Assembly (NCBI GenBank): GCA_031370005.1
Contig: JANMPT010000107.1
Span: forward strand, 1-64,000
Source of the DNA: Bdellovibrionales bacterium
GTDB lineage: Bacteria; Bdellovibrionota; Bdellovibrionia; Bdellovibrionales; Bdellovibrionaceae
Direction: 5' to 3'
Length of the DNA stretch: 64,000 bases
The position numbers were made by a program, and so were the translations under genes. The notes below the pieces were generated by a model that ran no database searches, was not told where the DNA came from, and worked only from the letters and a program-made list of their open reading frames with translations. Shown piece by piece: positions 49,078 through 59,524 of this stretch. Every line of letters starts with the position of its first letter. Position 1 is the first letter of the stretch.

Positions 49078-50475
49078 CTAATGCCCCGGCAGTAAACTGC
49101 TTTTGTCATTTCCCTCCGAAAGACGCTTTTGATTACTCGGTAAAACATTTCGAATATTGGTGATTGTAGACAACAGACCCATCGACTCTCTTTCTCGTTC
49201 GCCCTCTTCTCTTCCAATTTCAAGAACAGTATCTTTAATAAAATGAATTTTAATTTTCGCTATCGCTATAGCCGCTTCTTGAGGTGAGAGTTTTAAGTCG
49301 CTTGTCACATCTTCAGCAATTTCAACTACCACCGGCATTACTCGGGCAAATTTTCGCTGTTCCCTCTGAATGTTGGAGATACTTCGTAAGGCCCAAGTCA
49401 GTGTGCCAGCAAGGGTAGCTAACCCTGCAAGAAAAATTGAGGCCGTAGGTACGCGAATAGATGTGGCGGCAGCGATCTCCCAAAAGTCCTTATACTTTGA
49501 TAGATCTCCAAGTGAAAGCACGGCATCGGTGATTTTATTAAATAAGATGAGACCTAAGAGGAAACAAGTTCCTGAGAGAACGTAGTAGAAAATCAAATCT
49601 TTTGAACACTTTTTCTGAAATCCATCAAGGGTAGATACAATCAGAGATTTATTTTTCAACTCTTCGCGCACTTGATCTTGTAAGTCTGAAATTTGCATCT
49701 CAAGACGCTGTTTTTCGCGCGATTTCTCCTCGGCCTGCTCTTTCAAGTTAACGTGCTCTGCTCTAATGAGCTCAAGGCTCTGTTTTTGTTCTGCGACTGC
49801 ATCGCTAACTCTATCTAAATTAGCTTGGGCAGAATCAAATTCAGTTTTTAATGTCTGAATTCCCAGCGTAAGGTCATCTCGAACTTTTGTGCTTTCTAAA
49901 ATTGATTTATTAAGGTCTGCAAGTTTTTGCTGATGTATCGCTTCTTCACTCTGGCTTAGTTGCTGCAAAGTCTTTAGCCGGGCGTCAGCCTCAGCAACCT
50001 TATCAAGAGCATTTTTTTTAATACTCTCGATTTGGCCCAGTTTCAGATCAATCTCGGCCATTTTTTCTGGTGCGAAGCCCATGATAGTGACACTTGAAAT
50101 GGATTGTCGCCGTTTCCATCCTCTGGATTTAAACCGAACGGCAATGCTGGTGACACCTAAATTAAAAGTGCTGATCAGCCCCTCTTCGGAAGTTAGATCC
50201 ACCGATTCCCAACTCAAGGATTTGATGGTTTTAACTTCGACCTTTAGATCGGGGGCGCTTTCGGCCATTGCACTGAATAATACATGCCCAATGAACGTTG
50301 GTTCTGGAAATCGGAACTCCTGCCATGTGCCACCAATCGTGACCGAAGTACTACTGTCAGCCAAGAGGCTCAACAAGCCCTCAGCCCCTGTAACATGGGG
50401 TGGGGTTAGCCTGATAAGAGTTGGTAGAACTATGTCAGTTAGAGAATTATTTTGAGTCACGTTAATATTTTCCAT
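49078..50475 (-). CDS. Hypothetical protein: beta-rich N-domain, long coiled coil, two TM helices
   Basis: AAGGAGG RBS; heptad-rich central region; two hydrophobic segments near the C-terminus. Confidence 0.8.
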   Translation of the reverse strand: MENINVTQNNSLTDIVLPTLIRLTPPHVTGAEGLLSLLADSSTSVTIGGTWQEFRFPEPTFIGHVLFSAMAESAPDLKVEVKTIKSLSWESVDLTSEEGLISTFNLGVTSIAVRFKSRGWKRRQSISSVTIMGFAPEKMAEIDLKLGQIESIKKNALDKVAEADARLKTLQQLSQSEEAIHQQKLADLNKSILESTKVRDDLTLGIQTLKTEFDSAQANLDRVSDAVAEQKQSLELIRAEHVNLKEQAEEKSREKQRLEMQISDLQDQVREELKNKSLIVSTLDGFQKKCSKDLIFYYVLSGTCFLLGLILFNKITDAVLSLGDLSKYKDFWEIAAATSIRVPTASIFLAGLATLAGTLTWALRSISNIQREQRKFARVMPVVVEIAEDVTSDLKLSPQEAAIAIAKIKIHFIKDTVLEIGREEGERERESMGLLSTITNIRNVLPSNQKRLSEGNDKSSLLPGH

Positions 50476-50519
50476 TTTACGACCCTCCTTGGGCGTTTAG
50501 TCGCTAAGCCATCGTTTCT

Positions 50520-50753
50520 TTAATTCTCCGTATCCTTTGGTGGATTTGGATCTGGCTTACCGTATGTGTCCTTAGATCGAATCTTTCCGTCCCGACCGTG
50601 GACAACTACATCTGCGCCTACTTTTTTGGCAGAACGCTGAGCTTCCACATCCGCATTCTTCTGGGTTCTGTGTGTACTGGTTGTCCGGCCACCAACAGTG
50701 ACCTTCCAGCCGCTTCCCTGCGTGTTCTTTGAGACATGTCTATCTTTTCCCAT
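50520..50753 (-). CDS. DUF2188-family small protein
   Basis: RHV....GWKV......HRTQK.A...A......VVHGRDGKIR.KDTYG.DPNPP. Confidence 0.85.
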   Translation of the reverse strand: MGKDRHVSKNTQGSGWKVTVGGRTTSTHRTQKNADVEAQRSAKKVGADVVVHGRDGKIRSKDTYGKPDPNPPKDTEN

Positions 50754-50927
50754 GTTGATTCCTCCACTAACTACCATTGTAAACCTTATTATTTAATAAT
50801 AAAGATAAATATGATTTACAAATAAGTATTTGATTTGTATAGATTTTTTAGATAAATATGATCGTGCAAACTCAATTTTTAAGATTTTATGCCGATAAGA
50901 TGGTATATTTATGGTGTGGAGGTCTTT

Positions 50928-52088
50928 ATGGCTAAACAAAGCGTAATGATTCCTGTTAATGCGGATGTGTTACGAGATTCAATTCAAAAGCGAGACTCGC
51001 TCTCTTCATTGGAGGGAGTACTCGGTGTTTCTCGACAAGCTATCAATGGGTGGCTCTCTAAGAGTAAGATTCCACCCAGGCAGCTATCTACCATTGTGCG
51101 GGAACTGAAATTAGATGCTTCAGAGGTTAAAAAAATCACCTCGCCTCCCAAGGATCGGTCATTCGTATTGTTTCGAACAAATAGGAATGTAGCTGTTGCC
51201 AAAGATATTTCTGATGACGTTCTAGAAATTGCTGAAGACTTTTTTCGCCTTGAGGCTCTAACTGAGATTGAGCGCCAAAGTACAAATGTTAAAATAGAAA
51301 ATGCCACTGATCCTGGTGAAACAGCCACAACTATATTGAAAAACCTGAATCTAGAGCGGACTCAAATATCCATTTCCTCTGTTCTATCAGCGCTTACTAG
51401 CTTAAATATTTATGTTTTATTTTATAATTTTGGTGAAGGATTCATTGGGGCGAAGGCACAGGCTGTGTGCGTAAAGAAGGCTAAGAAGCGCGTCATATTT
51501 ATTAATAGTCATGAGCTGGTAGAAGATGTTCTTTGGAGAATATTTCATGAATTGTGCCACCTCTATTGTGACCACACCGAAACCTCAACCTCCAATGAAG
51601 AATTTTGTAATTTCACTGCCACCCAGGCTCTGACGCCAGACTCATTTTTCTCTGCAAACAAGAAGGAACTCAAAAATTTGTTCTCAAGAGGTGTTTCTGT
51701 TGCTCCATTCTCCATAGAGAAGATAGCCACTCAACTCTCTGCTTCTTTCATGGGTGTGTTGCTGGCATTAAAAAAACACCAAATCGTCGATTCATCAACT
51801 GAACGTTATCTCTGGAAGATTGCACACAAGAGAAAAGCAAGTGGCGCTAGGGTAACCGATATAATTTCTCCACCCAAAGACGTTGATAGCGTTGCATTTT
51901 GGTTGAGTGCCTTAGAGGACGTAAATCGAAGTAAGTTTTTACATCTTCAGCATATGGTCCGCATGGGTTTAATTTTAGAAAAAATATCAGTTAGAAGGGC
52001 TTCCGAGCTTCTACATGTCGATGAACTAGATGCACAACGATTAGCAAAGCTTTGGACTGCCCAATATGAAAAGAAGAATAATTTGTGA
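50928..52088 (+). CDS. HTH-fused ImmA/IrrE (M78) Zn metallopeptidase
   Basis: N-terminal HTH (GVSRQAINGW), LFR motif, HELCH (HExxH), EEFCNFTA. Confidence 0.85.
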   Translation: MAKQSVMIPVNADVLRDSIQKRDSLSSLEGVLGVSRQAINGWLSKSKIPPRQLSTIVRELKLDASEVKKITSPPKDRSFVLFRTNRNVAVAKDISDDVLEIAEDFFRLEALTEIERQSTNVKIENATDPGETATTILKNLNLERTQISISSVLSALTSLNIYVLFYNFGEGFIGAKAQAVCVKKAKKRVIFINSHELVEDVLWRIFHELCHLYCDHTETSTSNEEFCNFTATQALTPDSFFSANKKELKNLFSRGVSVAPFSIEKIATQLSASFMGVLLALKKHQIVDSSTERYLWKIAHKRKASGARVTDIISPPKDVDSVAFWLSALEDVNRSKFLHLQHMVRMGLILEKISVRRASELLHVDELDAQRLAKLWTAQYEKKNNL

Positions 52089-52617
52089 TACTTGCTCTGC
52101 AATTAAGTTGGCAGAGTTTGGAGACCTACTTTTTCATGACGGCAAACTTACACAGGGAAGTATCATTTTGCATCCCACGTTATTTGCTGAGTTAAAAAAA
52201 TGGCATCCTGATAAAAAAAAGAAGTTCCAAGAACAGATACAAGTCCTCAATCAGGTCAAAGCTGCCACGGGCCTAAGATTAGATCGACAGCACCATGAGT
52301 CCCAAGAAGTCATCATCCGCGCGACCAGAGATGCGCTGGGTCTCTCGGTTGGAAAGGGCGATCTCGATCAGTTAGTTTCTGTAATTTACTTTGATCTTGA
52401 TCTTATTACCAATGACAGCCCGTTGGCAAGCTTGGCTTCAAATCTAGATGTAACCGTTTTTGAAGCAGAAGAAATTGTTGTGGAGGCCCTAGACCAAAAG
52501 ATTGTAACAAAAGTCGCTTTTGAAGCCGCCGTTATAGCCTGGGAAAAGCGAGATGAGAAACGGCCATCGAAGGCAATAATCAAAGCGATGTTGGATCGCG
52601 GGATTAAATATAAATAG
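52066..52617 (+). CDS. PIN-domain protein
   Basis: IICDTC, GD, LITND acidic motifs; overlaps the peptidase gene. Confidence 0.75.
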   Translation: MKRRIICDTCSAIKLAEFGDLLFHDGKLTQGSIILHPTLFAELKKWHPDKKKKFQEQIQVLNQVKAATGLRLDRQHHESQEVIIRATRDALGLSVGKGDLDQLVSVIYFDLDLITNDSPLASLASNLDVTVFEAEEIVVEALDQKIVTKVAFEAAVIAWEKRDEKRPSKAIIKAMLDRGIKYK

Positions 52618-52618
52618 A

Positions 52619-53215
52619 TCAAAAATCTATTGTTCTTCGAAATTGCTCAACAAGCATTTTAGAATTTACCCCGCCCCGCTGGGCAGTGGGTGATGTGGAG
52701 TTGCCAATGACACAAGTGATTGATCGCTTACAATGAATTGTAAATTCATAGCCAGCTTTTACTTCTTTAGGTTTTGTGTGACTAACGCCCTTGATTTTTA
52801 GGTATTTGATAAACGACCGATATGTGCTTGTTTTTCCAGAGTATCCGGTAAGAAGTATTTTCTGAAGAGTGTCGTGCTCATCAATTAAACTAATAATGTC
52901 TTGGTATTCCAAAATTGTGATGTCTTTGTCTAGTGCGCTTTTGTCCCTTCGCTCAACAACAAGGCCAATATTTTGCACACCCACTCGCATTTGTTTCATT
53001 AGTTCTTTGCGTTCCTCTACAGCAGGTTTATTTTTCCACTCCTTTAATGTCGTTTTTCCAACTTCAGCTAAAACCTTCCAAAAATGATTAGCGTTGTTTG
53101 GGTAATAAAATTTGTAATGCCATTGATCTATATAAGGAGGAAAGGTCCCAAGGATTAAAGTGCGCATATTTTTAATCGGATAGTACCAATCTGGGTGTTC
53201 TTCTCGCTCAATCAT
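52619..53215 (-). CDS. Uracil-DNA glycosylase superfamily protein
   Basis: LILGTFPP, FYYPNNANHFW, STSP. Confidence 0.8.
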   Translation of the reverse strand: MIEREEHPDWYYPIKNMRTLILGTFPPYIDQWHYKFYYPNNANHFWKVLAEVGKTTLKEWKNKPAVEERKELMKQMRVGVQNIGLVVERRDKSALDKDITILEYQDIISLIDEHDTLQKILLTGYSGKTSTYRSFIKYLKIKGVSHTKPKEVKAGYEFTIHCKRSITCVIGNSTSPTAQRGGVNSKMLVEQFRRTIDF

Positions 53216-53291
53216 GAAACTACCTTTTGTCTTCCTGCATGATTAATAATATCTATGGCATTCACATAGAGTCAAACTTGATCAATTCTCT

Positions 53292-53720
53292 CTACTCCAC
53301 AAAATCAATCTTCTGCGCTTTCTTCCGGGCCGTATTCGCAGACTGTTGATAAATATGAGTGTATTTCAGCGTTGTCTCCTGGCGCGCGTGGCCTAGCCAG
53401 TATCGCGCCAAAACGAAGTCCCTAGTCTTACCCACTAACTCGGTACACCTCGTATGGCGGCAACAATGGTAGCTCTTTTGTTTGTATTTGGTTTTTGCGT
53501 ACGCTTCCCGCAGAGCCACGACTGTTTCTGAATGTGTCAACTCTTCAAACAAAACATAGTCTTTTGGATTTGGCCCGTAGACTTTGCGCTTAAACTTTTC
53601 TTCTTGGATTTTATAGAGCCTGACCAAGTTATTAAAAAGTTCTTTGCTGATGATCGGCACCAGCCGATTGTATTTGGAATCAATTTTTGGCTTAGTGGTC
53701 CTAAAACGGTCAACTCTTAA
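53292..53720 (-). pseudogene. Tyrosine recombinase C-terminal remnant
   Basis: HCCRHT...LGHARQETTLKY catalytic motifs; N-terminal domains missing. Confidence 0.8.
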
Positions 53721-53784
53721 TTATGAACTGCCAACATAACAAATGTTTAAGGACCATTGATCTAGCGGTTATGAAAGGATCGTT

Positions 53785-54048
53785 ATGACTTGGCCATGGA
53801 CATGGATCTGTTTAATCGCTCTGGGTGGAGCGATAACAGCCGCTATCGGCGTGATTGGTTCAATAATTGTCGTGATCGGTTGCTTCGGGCTTTGCGTTCT
53901 CTCGCCAATCGAAGAGGCGCATAACGTACCAGTTCCGCAACCAACGCGATCAATCTCTTTTGAAGAATCTCAAGAAATGGTTTTCAAAGACGAGCGAGGT
54001 CGGGCCATTGGATTGCGACAGTCACGAGTTTGGAAGGAGCACTCATGA
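53785..54048 (+). CDS. Small hypothetical membrane protein
   Basis: AAGGA RBS; hydrophobic N-terminal half. Confidence 0.5.
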   Translation: MTWPWTWICLIALGGAITAAIGVIGSIIVVIGCFGLCVLSPIEEAHNVPVPQPTRSISFEESQEMVFKDERGRAIGLRQSRVWKEHS

Positions 54049-54466
54049 AGGGAGTGATGGGATGAGATATTCCGAAATCTTAGGATCAGCATTCTATAAG
54101 ATCAGTTTCACTGAATCGATAGGCGATATGATTGATGTCCACTACACAGCTTCAGCACATCATTTCTGGCGATTGCAGGATCAGGCCTCTTCAAAAACTA
54201 GAAAATTCCACATTATAAGGCATCGCGCACACTTGAGAGCAATGATGTCCCTCGTATTTCTACACGGCAATTTCGCAAATGCGATCGATCAGAGTTTCCG
54301 CGATTTGGATAAAAAGGAGCGTTGGAATCCTAAGAACAGCTATCTACTTCCGGATCCAAACATGTTTAATTCAATGAATCCCCATCCAGAATTCGGACCG
54401 AATGAAAATCATCCCTCAGATATGTACATAGCTAAGGAACCTCTCGTGAGAGGGTTGGACCATTAA
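53960..54466 (+). CDS. Hypothetical protein
   Basis: Open frame with RBS-like GGAG near 54036-54054; no recognisable motif. Confidence 0.4.
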   Translation: MKNLKKWFSKTSEVGPLDCDSHEFGRSTHEGSDGMRYSEILGSAFYKISFTESIGDMIDVHYTASAHHFWRLQDQASSKTRKFHIIRHRAHLRAMMSLVFLHGNFANAIDQSFRDLDKKERWNPKNSYLLPDPNMFNSMNPHPEFGPNENHPSDMYIAKEPLVRGLDH

Positions 54467-54469
54467 TAG

Positions 54470-54715
54470 TTATGTCCACGCAACCGTTAATTCTGTCTTA
54501 GGAACTTCAACTTTTGGTTTGAAAATAGGAAGTTGAACGACCTCAGAATCGATCAATCCCAAGTGGACTGCCTCGATGAACCTTCGATTAACAGTCCTCG
54601 TGCTTACACCGAATGCCTTTGTTGTTGCTGACACTGGATAGCGCTCGTTTGCTCTCCTGGCTTCTTTGTATCGGTGACAAACAGCTTCAAGTGATATTTT
54701 TCTGGGACGTGCCAT
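54470..54715 (-). CDS. Small HTH-like DNA-binding protein
   Basis: AGGAG RBS; MARPRK; FGVSTRTVNR. Confidence 0.6.
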   Translation of the reverse strand: MARPRKISLEAVCHRYKEARRANERYPVSATTKAFGVSTRTVNRRFIEAVHLGLIDSEVVQLPIFKPKVEVPKTELTVAWT

Positions 54716-55001
54716 TGAGATGCTCCTACGAAAGTGTTTCGCTGTTCACAGTTCAATTATACCAAGCCAGCGTCGTCGAATAGACCCTGTGGAGAATAGG
54801 CCTTCGGCGTTATTCTTTTCCATCCATGAATAAAAGTTAATCAAATCAAGTATATACCTATTAAATGGAAAATAAGATCAATTGAGTGATTCTATTTTAC
54901 TTACATCCATAAAAGTGACATATTTTAGCTACTTAGGAAGGTTTGGCAAATAGAGCTTGCTGAATGGCCTTATTTTCCAAACATGTAGTGGGTGGTTATT
55001 T

Positions 55002-56423
55002 GTGCGCGTAATTTCTGACGATATTATTGAGAAGAAGTTAGATACTATTAATCCTCATTGGTCGCGAGGGGCCGTGGATGAAGAATATATTCATTTGCTG
55101 CGGAGAAAGTATTTTCAGCTTTTTTATCCACTAGCATCTAACTTTAGAATACGTCGAGCGGTAGTCCTCATGGGGCCTCGCCGAGTCGGTAAAACGGTCA
55201 TGCTTTTTCAGACAATTGGAGAGTTGATTTTGAACGGCCTAAAGGCGACGAGCGTTGCGTATATGTCGTTAGACGAACCGCTGTTCTATTCAATGAGCCT
55301 AGAAGTTTTATGCGAGAAATATTGTACAGCAACTAAAGAGAAAAATCTGGATGGCAAGGTCATTATCTTTGATGAAATTCAGTATCTAAAAAACTGGGAT
55401 GTTCAACTAAAGGTATTAGTTGATCGACATAAGAACACAAAATTTTTGGTGTCCAGCTCAGCTGCGGGTGCACTGAAGAGACAATCACAGGAGTCTGGTG
55501 CGGGAAGATTCACTGACTTTATGCTGCCGCCATTGACTTTTTGTGAGTATCTAGAACTATTAGATTTAGCTCCAAAGCTACTCGATCAAGAACGTGTCTC
55601 AGGTAAAGCTGTTTCCAGCAAAAACATTGAAAGCCTTAATCGAGAGTTTTTGAACTACCTCAATTATGGCGGATTCCCTGAAGCTATCATGAACAAAGCC
55701 ATTCGCGAAAATCCATCAAAGTTTATCCAACAGGACATCATCGACAAAGTTCTTTTGCGAGATCTTCCGTCAATTTATGGAATTGAAGACATTCAAGAAC
55801 TAAACCGCCTCTTCAAATATTTAACTTATCAAACCGGAAATGAAATTAGTTACGAAAAGTTAAGCAAGTCTTCGGGTGTAGCGAAGAACACGATCAAACG
55901 GTATATGGAGTATCTTGAAGCTGCCTATCTGATTAAAGTTGTGACCCGTGTCGACGAAACTGGGAAAACTTTTAAAAGAGCTAATTTCTTTAAGGTCTAT
56001 CTGACAAATCCATCGATGTATGCAGCTACCTATGGCCTTGTTGAAGCTGACGACAACGAAACTCTCGGAGGATTGGTTGAGACAGCAATTTTTAGTCAGT
56101 GGATGCACGATCCAGCATGGATGAGAAATCTATACTACGCGAAGCTCGCCAAAAACCGAGGCGAAGTGGATATTGTTTTTGTCGATGAGAGTTTTAGAAT
56201 TCAATGGTGCTTAGAGGTAAAGTGGAGTGATGCCTATTTTGAAAATCCAGAAAAGTTGGTCAGCTTAAAAAGATTTTGCGAGATCAACAGTCCTAAGAGT
56301 GTGACGGTAACCACAAAAACTAAGAGCGGCGAGGCCAATATTGGCAAGTCGAAAGTTCTTTTCAAGGAAACTGCCATTGTTTGTTTCAATATCGGGAATA
56401 CCCTCATGAAAGATAAAAAATAA
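55002..56423 (+). CDS. AAA_14/DUF4143 ATPase with C-terminal PD-(D/E)xK-like motif
   Basis: GPRRVGKT, FDEIQY, YGGFPE, EVDIV...EVKW. Confidence 0.88.
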   Translation: MRVISDDIIEKKLDTINPHWSRGAVDEEYIHLLRRKYFQLFYPLASNFRIRRAVVLMGPRRVGKTVMLFQTIGELILNGLKATSVAYMSLDEPLFYSMSLEVLCEKYCTATKEKNLDGKVIIFDEIQYLKNWDVQLKVLVDRHKNTKFLVSSSAAGALKRQSQESGAGRFTDFMLPPLTFCEYLELLDLAPKLLDQERVSGKAVSSKNIESLNREFLNYLNYGGFPEAIMNKAIRENPSKFIQQDIIDKVLLRDLPSIYGIEDIQELNRLFKYLTYQTGNEISYEKLSKSSGVAKNTIKRYMEYLEAAYLIKVVTRVDETGKTFKRANFFKVYLTNPSMYAATYGLVEADDNETLGGLVETAIFSQWMHDPAWMRNLYYAKLAKNRGEVDIVFVDESFRIQWCLEVKWSDAYFENPEKLVSLKRFCEINSPKSVTVTTKTKSGEANIGKSKVLFKETAIVCFNIGNTLMKDKK

Positions 56424-57088
56424 TACTAGAGATATTAATCGTAGACCTTCGGCAGGTGAAATTTAAAATCTGACCGCAAACTCAAAAAGTTTAATTTTCA
56501 TTGGTTTGAGGTGGCTTAACAAAGGCCTTTAAGCGAAATTTACTTGTGCCCGGAAGTACAAAAAAATAAATGGCCAGCACTACTTTTGCTCGACTTGCCC
56601 TATGCGAGGCTTATCACTTTCGTGTTGGTTTTATGATAGCAGAGATTCGCTCTGCAATTTGTGGCGTTCCGCTTGAGTCTTCTGGCCTTCGTTTCTCAAG
56701 TATTCGTTCAATATATACGTCTCATCCTTAAAATTTACCGCTGGCCCCGAACCTTGTCGTCTCTCGTTTGGTGAATTCCAATGCTATTATTTCACGGTCC
56801 ACGGCTGGAAATACTCTCTGGCTTACTCGATACAATTAATTTACGATCGACGAGACCATATTTCCGATTGTTGTGACTAGGGTTCCAAATTTTTGCATCT
56901 ATTTCGTCGATAGAATTCTTGTATATATGTGGAAATTAACTTTTGCAAATTTGGCGGACACTGTAAAAATTGATAGGCAAAGATCATTTGCTTGAATTGC
57001 ATGACTTAACTTTGGTTGGAAGTGATTCACAGTTCACGCACCAATTCTATCAACCCAGCGTCGTCGAACAGATGACCCAGAGCGAATT

Positions 57089-57403
57089 CTAAGCCGATTC
57101 CAACTTAACTTCGTAGTGGAATCCTTCTTTCGCTAGAGAATCCCGAAGCGCCAATTGGATGAGTCCCATTTCTGGCAGCCCTAGCTTTTTAGCAATACGA
57201 GCTGCTCAAGTAGGGGAGGGAATTCTACGACCCTTTTCAAGGTCATTAAGATTTTGGACAGATAGGCCCACCTTCTTAGCAAAAGCAGTTTGGCTCATGT
57301 CCTCACCTTCGCGCCAAGCTTTGAGCAAGGTGCCAAAAGTCATAACTCCATACTGTTTTCCAAGTTTTTCGAAATAAGATTTAGTAGTCATGTTAACGTT
57401 CAC
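57089..57403 (-). pseudogene. XRE HTH protein with an in-frame TGA
   Basis: The frame continues past TGA 57206-57208 as AARIAKKLGLPE...ESA* (likely CGA to TGA). Confidence 0.75.
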
Positions 57404-57406
57404 CCT

Positions 57407-57823
57407 TTATTCATCAATATAGATTTTATGACTTTCAAACCAGGTCATTAGATCATCCCGTGTGACATTGCCGGTCGCACAGTTTTCAATCACTTCGGCG
57501 AGGCCATTAATATTTAAATCAATATCCAAAGGGTACTGAAGGTCTAAGCCGTGTTGGTTCAAAAAAGTGATGGCAGCTAAGGCCCCGGTCCTTTTATTGC
57601 CATCGGTAAACGCATGACTTTTGACTAAGTAAAAACAAAGAGCTGCAGCAACTCGAACAATGCCTCCATGAGAAAATGGATAGCTTCCCGGGTAGAAAGC
57701 GGTAGAGATCGCACTTTCTACTTTTCCAATGTCATTGCAGTGGTGAGGATTGTCGCCCTCTTTGCAAATGAACTTATTTAACTCAACGACAGCCTCAGCT
57801 GTAGGAGTAAAAATCAATCTCAC
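57407..57823 (-). CDS. Doc/Fic-family toxin
   Basis: HAFTDGNKRT motif. Confidence 0.9.
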   Translation of the reverse strand: MRLIFTPTAEAVVELNKFICKEGDNPHHCNDIGKVESAISTAFYPGSYPFSHGGIVRVAAALCFYLVKSHAFTDGNKRTGALAAITFLNQHGLDLQYPLDIDLNINGLAEVIENCATGNVTRDDLMTWFESHKIYIDE

Positions 57824-58047
57824 TTGAGCTTATCCATTGCGTCTTTATGTTTTTTGAACGCCTTGGTTGCGGTAGCTAAAAAATCGTTAGTTGCTACAGG
57901 TGCCAGCTGAATTGATTGAGGTTCAGAAATAAACTTAGCAACGGCCATATTAACCATTTGCGAAAATTTAATTCCATTAGACTCAAGATAGGTTTCAACT
58001 TTCTTTTCAAGCTCATCATCAAATCGAACTGTTTTAGGAACTCCCAT
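57820..58047 (-). CDS. RHH-type antitoxin partner of Doc
   Basis: KTVRFDDEL RHH-like N-terminus; overlaps the toxin start. Confidence 0.75.
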   Translation of the reverse strand: MGVPKTVRFDDELEKKVETYLESNGIKFSQMVNMAVAKFISEPQSIQLAPVATNDFLATATKAFKKHKDAMDKLK

Positions 58048-58244
58048 AAAACCTCCACGTCATTATTATAATACAAAATACTACATTTGAATACATGTTT
58101 TGTAAGCCATTGTAATAACAGAGATATTCTTAAGTCAGATGACAGAAAAGTGCCCTTTAGAGGCTTTGTCTACTTCGGAAGAAATAACTCAAAATTGTCT
58201 ATAATAGAAATCTGTCAACCCCCTAATTTCTTCATTTACCCAAC

Positions 58245-58562
58245 TTGCAGTCGGGCGGGGCAGAAGAGATTTTATTTCGAGGTTTATTCGCTCGGAGCTT
58301 GTTTCGCAAATTTGGATTCGCTGTGGGGAATGCCATTCAGGCAACTCTCTTTTGGATTATGCATCTTTTAATTTTTAAATTAGTAACTGGCGAATGGATT
58401 TCTTGGATTCAACTCTATGCATTCGGAGTGAGTTTCGGCCTTGGACTCATACTTGGCTTTGTAAACTACCGAAAAGGTGGAGCCAGTATCGCTCCCTCCT
58501 GGATAATTCATGGCACAACAAACTTTGTGACATTTCTTACTTTGGGTTTATTGATCTCCTAA
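58245..58562 (+). pseudogene. CPBP/Abi (CAAX-like) intramembrane protease, 3' fragment
   Basis: EEILFRG, FWIMH, HGTTN motifs; N-terminus absent. Confidence 0.75.
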
Positions 58563-58577
58563 AAATATTTTCATTAA

Positions 58578-58886
58578 TCAGGCTACCTTCTCTTCAGCTT
58601 CCCAAATATCAAGCTGAACCTGCAAGTTCATCCACATTTTGGGGCTACTCTTAAGGACTTTGCTGATAAGTACTGCAAATTCTGCGCTGATCGCTCTTTT
58701 ACCGCTAATGACCTCATTGAGTTTAGTTTGCATCGTGGATTTTTTTGATAATCCGCTTGATGCCGCCACAAGCAGGTCAGCAAAATGGGACTGACTATAA
58801 CCCAGCTCATCAAGCCAAAGATTTTTTAATATCTCGCCAGGATGAGACGGCTTTCTTGTGGGTCTTTTTTTAGCATATTTTTCCAT
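58578..58886 (-). CDS. higA: HigA-family antitoxin
   Basis: HPGEIL; GKRAISAEFA; WMNLQ. Confidence 0.9.
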   Translation of the reverse strand: MEKYAKKRPTRKPSHPGEILKNLWLDELGYSQSHFADLLVAASSGLSKKSTMQTKLNEVISGKRAISAEFAVLISKVLKSSPKMWMNLQVQLDIWEAEEKVA

Positions 58887-58895
58887 CAGTTCCTC

Positions 58896-59133
58896 CTAAT
58901 GATAATCTTCAACTTTAACATCTGTAAATTCGCTTTGCTCAAATCGAAAAGTAATTCTCCATCCTGAAGTTTTATGAATATCAATCGCCCACTCTCCCTT
59001 TCGCTTACCTGATAGCGGGTGTAGGCGTACACTTGGCGGAAAGCCTTTGCTTTTCAATTCTTCAAAACTTTCAACAGCCTCCATGACCTCAAGCAAATGA
59101 ATAGCACGTTTCCAGTATTGCCTCGGAAGCCCT
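58896..59133 (-). pseudogene. higB: HigB/RelE toxin, 5'-truncated
   Basis: RLHPLSGKRKGEWAI...WRITFRF....VEDYH. The frame is open to ~59133 with no start; the AbiEii fragment abuts. Confidence 0.8.
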
Positions 59134-59514
59134 TTACACCTGATAGCCCGGATATTTCATGTGGGCATGGGGTAATGGCCCCACATCTAAATTTTCAAAA
59201 ATAAAACCATCCGCCAATGTCATGGCCGATACTTCGGTCAGATATTTTTTTACATCATCAATAGATGCGGTTAGGTCTCTGATTAAAAAATCGAGATCCC
59301 GTGTTTCCCGTTGCAGTTCAATGTAGCGGAGCAAGCACATTGCTCCTTTGAAAATAAAGTTTTTTCTATACGGTGAAATAGCGAGCCGGGCGAGCCATCG
59401 TTCAAGCACCACTTCTTGCCAAACATCGTTAAAAGTTCGGTTCTGTTTTTGGGCAATGTTTTTTACTTTTTCTTTGGTGGATTGTTCAATGGCTTTGGTG
59501 TTGATTTGGTTCAT
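59134..59514 (-). pseudogene. AbiEii nucleotidyltransferase toxin, 3'-truncated
   Basis: ERWLARL, FIFKGA, RETRDLDF; only 126 aa. Confidence 0.8.
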
Positions 59515-59524
59515 GCCAATTTCC

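Noticed and set aside
56424..57025. Possible gene fragments between the ATPase and the XRE pseudogene
   Set aside because: Only short frames with no family I can recognise; cannot be supported without BLASTX.
45611..57208. Alternative genetic code or programmed readthrough for the in-frame TAG and TGA
   Set aside because: TAG and TGA end many intact genes here; each stop is a single transition from TGG or CGA in a decaying island.
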